Shown here piece by piece: positions 34,779 through 46,207 of a DNA stretch of 64,000 nucleotides (its first letter is position 1; each line of letters begins with the position of its first letter). The stretch is from an uncultured Planctomycetaceae bacterium (GTDB lineage Bacteria; Planctomycetota; Planctomycetia; Planctomycetales; Planctomycetaceae): contig CAVQRG010000006.1 in assembly GCA_963715185.1 (NCBI GenBank), forward strand, positions 232,603-296,602, given 5' to 3'. The position numbers were made by a program, and so were the translations under genes. Below the pieces are notes generated by a model. That model worked only from the letters and a program-made list of their open reading frames with translations. It was not told the DNA's origin and made no database searches.

Positions 34779-35621
34779 TCACTCACAGCCACAGTTCCAC
34801 CCGTTCCTTGAGCCCGGGCGGCAAGCGCTTTCGATGGCGCGGCGTGTCTGCGCTTCGTGATAGCGTGTGCTGAAATGGGCCAGAATGATCAACTCGTTCT
34901 GGAACTTCTCGGCCCGTTCCAGAATGTCGTCGAGATGTGTGTGTCCGAACTTGTGAATCTTGTCCTTGCGGTGCTCGGGCCGAAAGAAGGTAAGCTCCGT
35001 GATCAGGACCTGTGACTCATAGACCGCCGGGCAGTTGTCGAGCCCCTGCGGGGCCGTGTCGCCCGTGTAACACACAATCGGTACACGCACTTCGGCACTG
35101 ACCTCGTTTCCAGCCAGCCTGAGGTCGCGGATCTGATCGCCACTGAGCCCCTGGTACTCGGGCTTCAGTTTCCGGCGGCGGTCCCAGATGACGTATCCGA
35201 CGGACGGGACCGTATGCTTTGTGGCAAAGGGAGTCATCACATGCTCCCGGGACAGTTCATGGTCCTCGCCGGGAGCGACGCCGATCAACTGACACAGCAT
35301 GCGGCCGCGATCGAGTCGCTGCCAGCTGTGCAGCATCTTCTCGACCGGTTCAACGATCTCGGCGGGCAGATAGATCGTGGGGGGATCCATCTTCATCATC
35401 CTTCGACGTGCCACGTAGGCGGGCAGCGCGGCGAGATGGTCGAGGTGGCCGTGCGTGATGAGAAAGGTCTGTGTCCCCATGAAGGACCAGGGGCTGCCCC
35501 CCATGTCGAAACCCACCTTGAGCTCCGGAATCCGCCAGTAACTTTGAACGGCCGCGCGAGAGTAGCCTTCGATCGTCAGACCGTCGTGCGTCAGTGTCTT
35601 GAGCGGTAGGTTGTCAATCAT
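34779..35621 (-). CDS. MBL-fold metallo-hydrolase (RNase Z/BN-like)
   Basis: 280 aa with HxHxDH motif [18 protein letters not shown] and further metal ligands (...CYTGDT..., ...ILAHFSTRY). Confidence 0.8.
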   Translation of the reverse strand: MIDNLPLKTLTHDGLTIEGYSRAAVQSYWRIPELKVGFDMGGSPWSFMGTQTFLITHGHLDHLAALPAYVARRRMMKMDPPTIYLPAEIVEPVEKMLHSWQRLDRGRMLCQLIGVAPGEDHELSREHVMTPFATKHTVPSVGYVIWDRRRKLKPEYQGLSGDQIRDLRLAGNEVSAEVRVPIVCYTGDTAPQGLDNCPAVYESQVLITELTFFRPEHRKDKIHKFGHTHLDDILERAEKFQNELIILAHFSTRYHEAQTRRAIESACRPGSRNGWNCGCE

Positions 35622-35721
35622 GAGGAGTGGTGTGTCAACGTGGCGGAGCGCGGCAGGTGGAGTCGCTGGTGAGGAAGACGTCGCGTCTGGGCCGGTCGTC
35701 CGGCCGACGGCACCAGGAGAC

Positions 35722-36111
35722 TCAGCTCAGCATGGGCGCCGACCGCTTGACCAGCTGCAGGCACAGGCCCCAGGGATCTCGCAGCAGGGCAAACTCGTCG
35801 CCATGGGGCTGATGTTCGACCTGGCCCTCGAGCTGGCAGCCGGCCCGAATCAGACGTTCCGCATCCCCCAGGACATCCTCGGAGACAAGTGCCAGATGCA
35901 GGGTGGCCGGATGCTGAGTGCGGTAGTCGGGCACCGGGACATCCTGTCGGCCGTAAATTTCGATCATGGTCTGACCGGTTCCATCCACCAGGAAGTGCCC
36001 CCAGGGGGCCTCGATGCCTCGCCTCCGGACTTCGAAGCCGAGGTGCTCCACATACCAGCGAGCCATCGCCAGTGGATCAGCAACGTTGATCGCGACGTGT
36101 TCAATGCGCAT
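35722..36111 (-). CDS. VOC/glyoxalase-bleomycin resistance family protein
   Basis: 129 aa: [28 protein letters not shown]...[10 protein letters not shown]...[10 protein letters not shown]. Confidence 0.8.
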   Translation of the reverse strand: MRIEHVAINVADPLAMARWYVEHLGFEVRRRGIEAPWGHFLVDGTGQTMIEIYGRQDVPVPDYRTQHPATLHLALVSEDVLGDAERLIRAGCQLEGQVEHQPHGDEFALLRDPWGLCLQLVKRSAPMLS

Positions 36112-36258
36112 AACGGATATTACTTGCCGGGCTGTTCGATCGCACGATAGTCTCGCGACGCACGAGCGATTAAGATACTGTGAACACTACAGATCGGCCA
36201 CACCGCTGGAATTGTCCAGTCGCAGGGCCAGTCGCTTCTTCATCGACTCCGACAGTCC

Positions 36259-36804
36259 ATGAGCATCGGCGGGGCGATTATTCATCGCGTCCTGATCGTC
36301 GAAGACGATCCCGACGAACGGGAGTTCCTGAAGGGATTCCTGACGCGGAAGCGGTACGACGTGGACGTCGCCCGCGACGGCGGACAGGCCCATTCGGCCT
36401 TCACGATGCATCAGCCGGATTTTGTGATCCTCGACCTCATCCTCGCCCGCGAGAGCGGCTTTGAGGTCTGCGAGCGGATGAAGCAGATCAACCAGAACAT
36501 CCCGATCCTGATTCTGACGGCCATCGACATGGACGATGCCCGCGATCTGGCCTTCCGGGTCGGCGCGGACGGGTACATGACCAAACCGTTCGATCCGGAG
36601 GAACTCGTCACCCGGATGACAGAGATTGGCGACCAGGTCTGGCGGAAGTCGCATGGCCTCGAGAGCAGCCGGGTTTCCGACGACCGCGTCAAGTTCCACT
36701 GCCCGGAGTGTGGCAAACGGATGAAGGTGAAAGCCGTCCATCGTGGTCGGACCTTGAACTGCCCGCAGTGCGGACAACCGGTCGTTGTCCCACGACATGA
36801 CTGA
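36259..36804 (+). CDS. response-regulator receiver domain fused to a C-terminal zinc ribbon
   Basis: VLIVEDDPDEREFLKGFL...PDFVILDLILARESGFEVCERMK...ILILTAID...GADGYMTKPFDPEEL, then KFHCPECGKRMKVKAVHRGRTLNCPQCGQPVVVP. Confidence 0.85.
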   Translation: MSIGGAIIHRVLIVEDDPDEREFLKGFLTRKRYDVDVARDGGQAHSAFTMHQPDFVILDLILARESGFEVCERMKQINQNIPILILTAIDMDDARDLAFRVGADGYMTKPFDPEELVTRMTEIGDQVWRKSHGLESSRVSDDRVKFHCPECGKRMKVKAVHRGRTLNCPQCGQPVVVPRHD

Positions 36805-36834
36805 CAAGATTCAGGGAGCAAGCGCGGATTGAAC

Positions 36835-37446
36835 ATGTGGTATCTGGTCGTCAGGTCCGAGAAGCATCACGGTAAGAAGATCCGTCTGGTTGCCGGGCCG
36901 TTCATCATCGGTCGAGGCGATGAGGCGCAGGTCCGGATCGGGTCGGAAGAGGTCAGCCGCTCGCACTGCGTGCTCGAGCCGGGAGAGGACCGGGTCACGT
37001 TACGCGATCTGGAAAGCCGTAACGGCACGCTCGTCAATGGCGTGCGGATCTCCGGCGAGACGCAGCTTGACTCCGGCGCCATGATCGAAGTGGGGCCGAT
37101 GAAGTTCGAACTGATTCGCCAGGAGGCTGCGCCCGCACCGGCATCGGCCCCGCGCATCAGGGTTCCCCGCAAGGCGGACTCACAGAAGCTCTCCGACGAG
37201 GACGAGATCGCCAGTTGGCTGTCGGACTCCGAGATCATGGCGGGCGCCGACACCACCATCAGCGGAGCGCCGGAACAACCCACCGCGACTGAACAACCGG
37301 TCGAAGCTGCACCACCCGGGCTGCGGCCACCCCCGCCGAGCAAACAGCGGTTCGACTCCATCGCCGAAGAGGCGGCGGACATCATCCGTCGGCATCGGGA
37401 GTACCTCAAGCTGCTGGAGGAGGCCGAGTCAGATCCGGAAGGCTGA
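36835..37446 (+). CDS. FHA domain protein
   Basis: FIIGRGDEAQVRIGSEEVSRSHCVLEPGEDRVTLRDLESRNGTLVNGVRISGETQLDSGAMIEVGPMKFELI. The ATG at 36835 lies just inside the tracked ORF 36829... Confidence 0.8.
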   Translation: MWYLVVRSEKHHGKKIRLVAGPFIIGRGDEAQVRIGSEEVSRSHCVLEPGEDRVTLRDLESRNGTLVNGVRISGETQLDSGAMIEVGPMKFELIRQEAAPAPASAPRIRVPRKADSQKLSDEDEIASWLSDSEIMAGADTTISGAPEQPTATEQPVEAAPPGLRPPPPSKQRFDSIAEEAADIIRRHREYLKLLEEAESDPEG

Positions 37447-37622
37447 CGCTGCGGACACACCAGCTGGTGCCCGCGGGCGAAATCGCTCACCCCCGCGGCC
37501 ACTCGTCCCGCACACCTCAGCCTCTGACAGAGGCGGTTGCGCGGCAGGCCGGAATTGAGGTTCTCCCCCGATTGTTCCAACCCATCGCAGACTCTGCGGA
37601 GTCTCAGTCAGACAGCGCCATT

Positions 37623-38267
37623 ATGCGAATCGTTGCCGGAAGATACCGTCGCCGCAAACTCAAGACGAATCCCGGTCTGACGACGCGCCCGATCACCGAT
37701 CGGGCCAAGGAGACGCTGTTCGAACATCTCGGAGGACAGCTCGAGCAGCCCCGCGTGGCGGATGTGTTCGCCGGCACGGGCACATTGGGACTGGAGTCAT
37801 TGAGCCGCGGCGCACGCAGCGTTGTCTTCGTGGAACAGGATGCGCGGGCGATCGATCTGCTCAAGGACAACATCGCGATGCTGGGCGTCGGGGACGAATG
37901 CCTGTGTTGGCGGACCGACGCCCTGCGTAGCTCGTTCCGACCTCGGGGGGTGCCCGACTTCCTCCCGTTCGACCTGATCTTCTTCGATCCCCCGTTTCGC
38001 ATGGTGGCCTCGCTGCACCCGCGCTTGCCGATTTTTCGCAGTCTCGAGCGACTGTCACGCTTGGATGTTTCAGCTGAGGATGCCATTCTGTGTCTGAGGA
38101 CTCCGCCAGACGCCGAATTCGAGGTCCCTGAGGTGTGGGAGCCGATTCGCACGATTCACCAGTCGGGCATGGACCTGTTTCTGTACGAAAAGGTCCCACC
38201 GTCGGCGGAAACTCCTGCTCAAGTTCTCGTTGTCGACGACACTCCAGAAGATGACTGTGAGCCCTAG
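37623..38267 (+). CDS. rsmD: 16S rRNA (guanine966-N2)-methyltransferase
   Basis: Internal ATG 37623: MRIVAGRYRRRKLKTNPGLTTRPITDRAKETLFEHLG...VADVFAGTGTLGLESLSRGARSVVFVE...DLIFFDPPF. Confidence 0.85.
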   Translation: MRIVAGRYRRRKLKTNPGLTTRPITDRAKETLFEHLGGQLEQPRVADVFAGTGTLGLESLSRGARSVVFVEQDARAIDLLKDNIAMLGVGDECLCWRTDALRSSFRPRGVPDFLPFDLIFFDPPFRMVASLHPRLPIFRSLERLSRLDVSAEDAILCLRTPPDAEFEVPEVWEPIRTIHQSGMDLFLYEKVPPSAETPAQVLVVDDTPEDDCEP

Positions 38268-39354
38268 CCCCTCGCCGAGCCCCGGCACACTCCGCTGGTC
38301 AGGAGACGCGGCGACGGGGTGCCTGCGACTCCTGGATCAGACCCGGCTACCCGCGGAGTGCGTGGAGATCGATTGCCGGACTGTGGAACAGGTCTGGGAA
38401 GCCATCCGTTCGCTGCGCGTGCGGGGCGCACCGGCGATCGGCGTGGCCGCTGCCTATGGTCTCGTCGTAGGTCTGCAGAGCGCCGCCCGTGGCACGGACC
38501 GTGTCCTGTTCGATGCGCGACTGCAGGAAGTGAAGAACTCACTGGCGAGCAGTCGTCCCACAGCAATCAATCTGTTCTGGGCACTCGATCGCCTCGAGGC
38601 GCGGGCTCAGCGAGAGCCTCAGGCAGATCCGGCGTCTCTGCTGGCAGCCCTGTGGGACGAAGCACAACAGATCGAATGCGAAGATCGGGAGATGTGCGCC
38701 GTGATCGGTCGCGTTGGTGCCGGACTGCTGAACGATCACAGCAGTGTGCTCACTCACTGTAATGCCGGGGGACTGGCGACCGCTGGTGACGGCACGGCCC
38801 TGTCGGTCATCTTTGCCGCCGCCGCCCAGAACAAGCAGATCCAGGTTTACGTCGACGAAACGCGCCCTCTGCTCCAGGGCGCACGCCTGACGACCTGGGA
38901 ACTGCTGCAGCGCGGTATTCCCGCCACGCTGATCTGCGATTCCATGGCCGGCTGGGTGATGAAGGAACGCCGCGTGGATGCGGTGATCACAGGCGCGGAT
39001 CGCATTGCGGCCAACGGAGACGCGGCCAACAAGATCGGGACCTATTCCGTGGCCCAGCTCGCACGGGCGCACGGACTCCCATTCTATGTCGCCGCCCCGT
39101 CCAGCACTTTCGACCTGTCGCTGGCGTCTGGCGATCTGATTCCCATCGAGGAACGGGCTCCCGAAGAAATCACGCTGGGCTTTGGCCGGCAGACCGCACC
39201 TAGCGGCATCGCGACCTACAATCCGGCCTTCGATGTGACCCCGGCGGCACTCATCACGGCCCTCATCACCGAACGTGGCCTGATTCGTCCCGTCAACCGG
39301 GAAACGATCGCCGCAGTTCTGGGATTCGATCTGGCGGACACGGTGCCGTCATGA
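38251..39354 (+). CDS. mtnA: S-methyl-5-thioribose-1-phosphate isomerase (eIF-2B alpha/beta/delta family)
   Basis: LRLLDQTRLPAECVEIDCRTVEQVWEAIRSLRVRGAPAIGVAAAYGLV...SRPTAINLFWAL...THCNAGGLAT...VYVDETRPLLQGARLTAWEL...ADRIAANGDAANKIGTY. The start is either ATG 38251 or TTG 38230. Confidence 0.9.
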   Translation: MTVSPSPSPSPGTLRWSGDAATGCLRLLDQTRLPAECVEIDCRTVEQVWEAIRSLRVRGAPAIGVAAAYGLVVGLQSAARGTDRVLFDARLQEVKNSLASSRPTAINLFWALDRLEARAQREPQADPASLLAALWDEAQQIECEDREMCAVIGRVGAGLLNDHSSVLTHCNAGGLATAGDGTALSVIFAAAAQNKQIQVYVDETRPLLQGARLTTWELLQRGIPATLICDSMAGWVMKERRVDAVITGADRIAANGDAANKIGTYSVAQLARAHGLPFYVAAPSSTFDLSLASGDLIPIEERAPEEITLGFGRQTAPSGIATYNPAFDVTPAALITALITERGLIRPVNRETIAAVLGFDLADTVPS

Positions 39355-40906
39355 GGACGACTGCCACTTTGCCGCGCCGATTCGCCCTGCTCGGTGACGA
39401 CGAGGGCTGTGTTCCGCTCGTGAACGCCATCCTCGAGAGTTCCGACCACGAGTTGGTCGCGGCCGCCCTCACCGGCCCGCTGCTCGCGGCGTGGGAGCAG
39501 GCCGCGGCGCCGCGGACCGAGACCCCCGACTGGCAGGACTGGCTGCACGATCCCGATGTCGAGGGCGTCATCATTGCCGGACAGACGTCTTCCCTGCAGG
39601 AAGCGGCCCGTCAACTGGGGGCGGCCGGGAAATGGGTCGTGCTGTTTCCGCAGGCCGAGATGGGCGGCGTCTTTGCCACCGAACTGGCGCTCGATGATGC
39701 GGAACGGCCGCAAGCTCTGCTCCCGGTCTTTCCGGCCCGGCGCAGCCGGCGCTGCTCGAACTGCAGCAACGCGTCCGGGCGGGTGAGCTGGGACGCCTGC
39801 TCAACATTCAACTGGAACGTTCCGGGATCTCGCCATTCACCGACGACGGCATTCCCCTGTTACCTCTCGCGCTGGTCGATCACCTGCTACTGCCCGACCT
39901 CGACTTCCTGCGGACCATCGGGGGCAACTACAACCAGGTGACAGCGCTGCGCACCGGCGCGACTGATTCCGGTGTGCACGCGACCACGGTGCAACTGGGC
40001 GGCGCGGGTTTGCCCGACGCCACCTGGACAGTGCGTGCCGCGCGAGATTCCGCGGACTGGCAACTGACCGTGACCGGCCAGCAGCAACGGGCGGTGCTCC
40101 GTTCCCGCACGGAGACGTCCGACTGCGAACTGCGAATCGATCAGGAGGTTGCCTCACGACATCCGTGGCAGAGTCGCGCCGACGGGCAGAACCAGTTGTG
40201 GCTGCTCGACGCCTCCGCGCAACGTCAGCCGCAGTCCCCCACCTGGACCGATGTCGTGCGGGCTTTCAGCCTGCTGGAGGCAACGCATCGCTCAATTCGT
40301 CGCCGCCGCACCATCGATGTCCATTTCGAAACGGCCTCCGAGCGGAGCGAGTTCAAGACCCAGATGGCCGCGATGGGCTGTGGTGTGCTGTTGTTTACAG
40401 CACTGGGCTGGGTGCTGCTGCTTGTGGCGGGAGCAGCGTTCGATCCACGTGATGCGGTGCAGCGCGAGGCCGAGGCCGCAGGCGCAGTGTTTCTCGCGGA
40501 AGACTTTCATCCCGCGACCCACGAACTGACTGACAGCAGCCGACAACGAGCACTTCAACTGGCGGAGATGCTGCCCGAGTTCACGGGGGTCGTGATTGTG
40601 GAGCCGACGGAGGCGGGAGACCCGGAGCCGGCCAGACCCGATGCGATCGCCTCGCGACGCGCGGACAGCGTGCAGCAGGCGATGGCCGATGCCGGGTTCC
40701 AGAGCACCGGTGCCCGCGTTGTCTCCCGGCCGGTGGTGGGCCGCTGGTTCCGCAGGGGCATGATTCTGGCCCGCGCGCTGCTGCTGGCGCCGCTGGGCCT
40801 GTTTCTGCTGATGCAGTGCCTGCTGGTGCTCACGCGCGGTCCGTCTCGCCCCGGTGGTGAGGCATCGTCCTCCACCACCGGAACACCCTCGGGCAGAAGT
40901 TCGTGA
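39351..40906 (+). pseudogene. Gfo/Idh/MocA-like N-terminal domain fused to a two-TM C-terminal region, one frameshift near 39743
   Basis: ORF 39351.. (RFALLGDDEGCVPLVNAILESSDHELVAAAL...VIIAGQTSSLQEAARQLGAAGKWVV...LLPVFPARR) continues after a 1-nt gap in the frame of ORF 39938..40906 as QPALLELQQRVRAGELGRLLNIQLER.... TM helices MGCGVLLFTALGWVLLLVAGAAF and MILARALLLAPLGLFLLMQCLLVL follow. Confidence 0.6.
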
Positions 40907-41154
40907 GAACCCCGACAATCCGCTGAACTCACAGGGTCGCGCCAGCCGATAGGAATCGCATAGGCCGGCGACTCCCTGACCTCATGCTCAGCTTGCGCCG
41001 TCGCTGACCAGACGGAGGAGGACTTCCTGACGCGGAGCGGACAACGCGAGAGCCAACGGGTCGCACGAGCCACCCCTGCCCGCTGTTTCGGGCCGTGACC
41101 GGCCGCAGATCGATGGAGCCACAAGGGACAAGAGTCGAGATCGCCGGGATCCAC

Positions 41155-41829
41155 ATGCGAAGAATCGAGAGATTCCTGCTCAGACCTGTACAGAACGTCC
41201 TGTTGCGGACAGGGTCAGCATTCCTCGTCTTGGCACTGGCGGGTTGCGTGCAGCCGGGAGCGGACCTCAGACATGCCCTGTTCGAGTCTCGGGCCCGGCC
41301 TTGGGGCAATTCCGAGACACCGTCCGAGACGACCGTTGCCTGGAAACAGAACGCCATCCCACGTCTGATCGGTGATCATCGCGATCTCGGCGACCTGCTG
41401 CACCGTTGCCAGTCAGTTCTGACGGGCAGGCGGCGCGGTTGCCGGTCCGCAGCTCCAGCGAGAACCGACGTGATTCGGGCCCATTATCTTGCCGCGCAAG
41501 ACGACGGTGAGACCTCGGCGTTCGTGCTTCAGTCAACCGACTTCATCGAGGGGAAGGACGAACTGACACCCGCCGGTTGCGACAAGCTGCTGGAGATCGC
41601 CTGCCAGATGCGGTGTCTTCCCCTGCCGATCGTCATCGAGCACTCGCCGAGTGACCAGGACCGGACGCTGGATGCACAACGGCGTGACCTCGTGACACAG
41701 CTGCTGACCGATCTGGGCAACTTCGATGCCTGCGACCGGACGCAGCTCGAAGTCGATCCGCAGGACGCCACAGGGGGCGAGATGAACATGGCAGCCCGGT
41801 TCCCGAGCGGGTCAGCCTCGACCTTCTGA
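41155..41829 (+). CDS. hypothetical lipoprotein
   Basis: ATG 41155 gives MRRIERFLLRPVQNVLLRTGSAFLVLALAGCVQPG (lipobox). No family recognised. Confidence 0.5.
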   Translation: MRRIERFLLRPVQNVLLRTGSAFLVLALAGCVQPGADLRHALFESRARPWGNSETPSETTVAWKQNAIPRLIGDHRDLGDLLHRCQSVLTGRRRGCRSAAPARTDVIRAHYLAAQDDGETSAFVLQSTDFIEGKDELTPAGCDKLLEIACQMRCLPLPIVIEHSPSDQDRTLDAQRRDLVTQLLTDLGNFDACDRTQLEVDPQDATGGEMNMAARFPSGSASTF

Positions 41830-42137
41830 TCGCCGTTCGGCAAATTTCGCAGGACCGGGACAGCTCCCCGGTCGCGGCTCACGGACTCTCCCGGGCCAGC
41901 AGTTGCCACACAACCTCTTTTCAGACAAGAGGATCCGGCACCTGCTCCGGTTGAATTGGGCGCCCCTGCTCGCACCGACGAGTCCGAGCCCGGACAAGTC
42001 CCTCTCGACACGGTCGATGCCGCTCCATAGACTCCCGCCCCCTGCGGGCCATTCCTTTCGTCCCTTCCCCCCTTCACTTCGAAGTTCGCTCGTGCAGCTC
42101 TCGAGTACGAGCGAAGTCGTACCGACTCCCCTTCGAG

Positions 42138-44400
42138 ATGGGGCATGCCATGCCATTGCGTTACAAGTGTTTCCTGGCGCTGCTGGTCGTGCTGACAGGT
42201 TGTCAGTCCACGCAGAATCTGTTGGGGCGTTGCGCCCTGACGTCCAACGAGCGCTCGGGTAACGCAGAAGAATCTCCGCCCAAGACCGAAACGGCCGGCC
42301 TCCCGCAACCCACGGATGCCGATCCCCCCCAGACATCGTCGCCGGCGCTGTCCACGGCAGAGGATCATCTCCGTCTGGGCGAGAAGGTGCTCGAGCAGAA
42401 TCGGTATGCGCAGGTGCAGGAGCACTTCGAGCAAGCATTGCGCCAGGATCCGGCGCTCGCACGGCGCATCATCGACTGGCCGTCGTCGCCGACAAGCTCG
42501 AGCAATTTGACGAGGCCGAACGGCACTACCTCGCCGCCCTCGAAGTGGACAGTCGCAACGCCTCCGTCCTCAGTGATCTCGGGTTCTCCTACTGGTTGCA
42601 GAAGCGCGCTACCCGGAAAGCGAGCGTTTCCTCAAACAGGCCCTGCGTGTCGATCCCGACTTCCAGAAAGCGATCGCCAACCTCGGCCTGGTGTATGGCA
42701 CAATCGGTCGACGCGATGAAGTGCTGGCCCTGCTGAAGCAGGTGGGCACCGAAGAGCAAGCTCTGTCGATGCTCGAGCAACTGGCCGCTATGCCCGACAA
42801 GGGTGGGAACCCGGTCGCCCAGCAGGCCCCCAATCGGGCCGCCGCTCTGCCAGACATCAATCCGCGAGCGGGTGATGCGACACTCAAAAATCTGACCCGC
42901 GAACTGTTCGATCGTGAGGCAGGCTCACCACAGATCGCAGCCAACGGCCGTGATTCCCAGTCCAGTCCGTTCGACGAGGCTGCACCATCCCGATCACGTC
43001 TGCCGTCGTCCAGCGAAGCGGGTGTGCCAGCCGGCCGCCTGCCGGAGATCGTTGCCGATGCCTCGGCCGGCGGAGTCAGCCCGTTCGACACTCAGAACGG
43101 TGCCACACCTCCGTCCGAGCGACGCTTTACCGACGACGCTCAATCACCACGGTCAACGGCAGTGGCTGATGCTGCTGCCGATCTGCCGCGGAATCTCCCA
43201 ACCGATCGCAGTTCCCCCTTCGTCACAAACGACCAGGGCTCGAAGCAGTCTCTGCTGTGGGAACAACAAGGGCGTGAGACCGACACCGCGCAAGTTGCCA
43301 GTGCCCATCCCCTGCACGCCACCCCGGCGAGTTCCTCACTGGCAGAAGTGACACCCGAGCGATCCGCGATGGCGCAAGCGTCTGCCGCCAACCCGAACGT
43401 CTGGCCACCACGAAACGTCGCTCCCCCATCAGCCGCGCAGCCATCGGAAGCAACACACATCCTGCAGGCTGGCGGGGTCGACCACGCCGACGAGCGACTG
43501 GCCGTCCGACAGCATCCGCTGGATTCGGCCCAGGGTCAGCCTCACCGCTTTGCTCATCATGAAGAGGCCGCCGGGACACCGGCGGGCATCGAGCAAACGC
43601 GAGGCTCCGTGTCGCCTCACAGCATGCCTCCCGTCGCCATGAACTCATCCGACGCCCTGGGACAGCACGCCAGCTGCAATCTGCAACAGACGAAGGGGCT
43701 CAATGCCTTCACCCAGGCACGACAGCAGGCCGCACTGCTGGGACTGGGCGCAGGAACGGCCTACCTCTCCCCGTCCCTGACTCGCTCCGAAGCGAGTCGC
43801 CCAGCGGCGGATCCCGGAGCCACCGGCAACCCCGCCCATAGTCCTTGGCCTTCCCGCGGGGAGCTGGTGACACCAGACGCTGACCGCCGTGCGGAACATC
43901 GCATGGAGATCAATCCTCAGCAGTCCACGACTTTGGCCGAAGAGGCCTTCGGGAAGACAGGGCGTCCGGACTCAGGTGCACCGTTCGCGATGGAAGGAAT
44001 TTCGTCGCCGGCAGACAGAGAATTCCCGGCACGCCCCCCGTCTGAAGATCTGTATTCCGACGCCAGTCTAACGCCGGCGGGCCGGAGCGCCGAACTGCCC
44101 CCTCAGACAGCCGCCAGCCGCGAGAGTTTCCGCCGGCCAGGCATCCCGACCGACACGGCCGCGGCTGCCACGGAATTCGATGCACGGTCTTCGCAGCGAG
44201 TGGGGATCATCCAGCCGGAACCGTATCCCTACCGCCCTCAGAGTGGCAGCTCCGACCTGCCCCCAAGGCAATCGCAGGCGGCCGCACCGTGGGGTGTCGA
44301 GCAGCAGCCGACGATCGTACCCCGGGGGACGCTAGCGCCCCGGCCCTGCTCGTCCGGATGGCGCCGGCGCGAGTCATCGCCCCGCGCTACCCGGTCTTGA
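42138..44400 (+). pseudogene. TPR lipoprotein with long Pro/Ser/Ala-rich low-complexity C-terminus, two frameshifts (near 42465 and 42607)
   Basis: MPLRYKCFLALLVVLTGCQS...HLRLGEKVLEQNRYAQVQEHFEQALRQDPALAR, then AHHRLAVVADKLEQFDEAERHYLAALEVDSRNASVLSDLGFSYWLQKR, then YPESERFLKQALRVDPDFQKAIANLGLVYGTIGRRDEVLALL.... These pieces lie in three successive frames. Confidence 0.7.
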
Positions 44401-45775
44401 GCTGCTGTTCCAGTGACTCCACGACCTCGCGGATAGGCCAGGACTGAGCCGCGATCTTCAGTGTTGCTGCGTCGGAGATCAGACTCCGCACCTTGCGTTC
44501 CGCCGACATCACAGTGCTATGGTTGCGACCGCCGAAGTGCTCGCCAATCTCGCTGTAGGCACACTGTGTGAGTCGCCGCGCCAGATACATGGCCAGCATT
44601 CTCGGCTGACTGACCGATCGCGCACGCCGGGCAGACCGGAGTTCGTCCGGTGACACACCAAACAACTTGCTCACCGCCTCCTCGACATCGGTCAGCCGGA
44701 TGATCCGGATACAGTCGCGCTCTCAGCCGTGCCAGGATCTCGCGCGCCATCCGCCGCGACACGGTCTGGTTCGACATGGTCTGGTACGCATGCAGGCAGT
44801 TGATGGCCCCTTCCAGCTCGCGGACGTTGTTCTGAAACCGGTCCGCGACCAGCCGCAACGCATCCTCGCTGATCGAGAGCTGAAGTTGCCGGGCCCGGCG
44901 ACAGACCAGCTCATGACGGGTGCGGGCATCCGGCGACTCCAGCCGACAGACCATCCCCGACAGAAACCGCGTGACCAGCTCGTCACTGAGGCGGGTGAGC
45001 AATCGCGGGTGCCGGTCGGCGGAGAACACCATCTGCCGCCCGGTCGACTCCAGTGTGCGCACTGTGTGCAGCAACTCCTCCTGCAGGCCCTTCTTGCCAT
45101 CGAAGAAGTCCACATCATCCACCAGCAGTACATCGACGCCGCGAAACTTCTGATGGAAGCTGGGAAGCGTTCGCTCCCGCAAGGCCTGCGTGAAGGCGTT
45201 GGTGAAGTTCTCGGCCGTCAGATACAGAACCTGGAGTGCCGGCTGCGTCTGGCGGACTTCCCGGTAGATGGCTTCGAGCAGGTGGGTCTTGCCTGAACCG
45301 ACGCCACCGTACAGAAAGAGCGGATTGAACTGGCCGTCAGGGGACTCAGCCACGCGACGAGCCGCAGTCGCTGCGAGATCGTTGCAGGATCCGACGACAA
45401 ACTGGCGGAAGTCGGCAAAGCGGCGCCGTGGTGCCGCCTTCCCCGCCGATGCAACCCGCTGGCCCGCCCCGACGTCTTCCGCGCGGGCTGTCGCGTCTCC
45501 GAGTCGGACGAAGGCTTCCCGGCGAGACTGGGATCGACATCCAGCCTCAGCCGGGCTCCGGTCCCGAGCACCGCATGCGCCACATCCGTCAGCTCATGCT
45601 GAAACTGACGTTGCAGCCAGCTCTGCAGGTACGGGCTGCCGACGTAGAGCACCAGTTCGTCCCCCTGCGTTTCGAACCGTGTAACCTGCCGGAAGAACTT
45701 TTCATGTTGTCGTTCTCCGAGGCGCTCTCGGAGTTGCCCATCGATTTCCGCGACACATGCAGCGTCGAGTTCCAT
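44387..45775 (-). pseudogene. dnaA: chromosomal replication initiator DnaA, at least two frameshifts as sequenced
   Basis: Three ORF pieces. 45218..45775 holds domain I (MELDAACVAEIDGQLRERLGERQHEKFFRQVTRFETQGDELVLYVGSPYLQSWLQRQF). 44517..45353 holds the AAA+ domain (RFADFRQFVVGSCNDLAATAARRVAESPDGQFNPLFLYGGVGSGKTHLL...VLLVDDVDFF...VFSADRHP). 44387..44674 holds domain IV (CIRIIRLTDVEEAVSKLFGVSPDELRSARRARSVSQPRMLAMYLARRLT...FGGRNHSTV). Breaks are near 45415 and 44723, the latter a single extra base that creates TGA. Confidence 0.95.
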
Positions 45776-46207
45776 GCTGGTCTGCCTCTTGCGACCCCTC
45801 GGGCGCGTAACACGATCGCACCCGAAACCGTCTTGGCTTCGTCAACGTCACCGGGTAACCCCACCGTCGACACCGAGTTCGCATCGCAGGATGCGCTGGC
45901 TGCGCGATGGGCAATGAAGTGCGGATCCGAAAGAGGCTCACCCGGCCGGTGTGTACCGCAGCAACGCGCGAAGTCTCACCGCGCACGACATTCCAGCAGG
46001 GTTCGCCTGCGGAAATCCGGCGCCGCGAAAGACTCACGGGTTTGGCAATACACTCCAGCCTGGACAGCGACATCCGGGTTGGCCGTTCACTCACTCAGTG
46101 GTCGCGATACTACCCGCCTCGCGCCGGGAGTCAAATGTAAAGCTGTGATTAATTCGACCCTCCCATCGGCCGGCCTGAATTGCGAGAAATCACGCGCTGT
46201 ACAACGT

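Noticed and set aside
41529-42462. 301-aa and 216-aa minus ORFs spanning the 41830-42137 spacer
   Set aside because: They are low-complexity and Arg/Ser/Gly-rich, and they overlap two plus-strand lipoprotein genes. No motifs were found.
45776-46207. oriC upstream of dnaA
   Set aside because: No DnaA-box-like 9-mers or AT-rich unwinding element could be seen. This is kept only as a low-interest negative observation.
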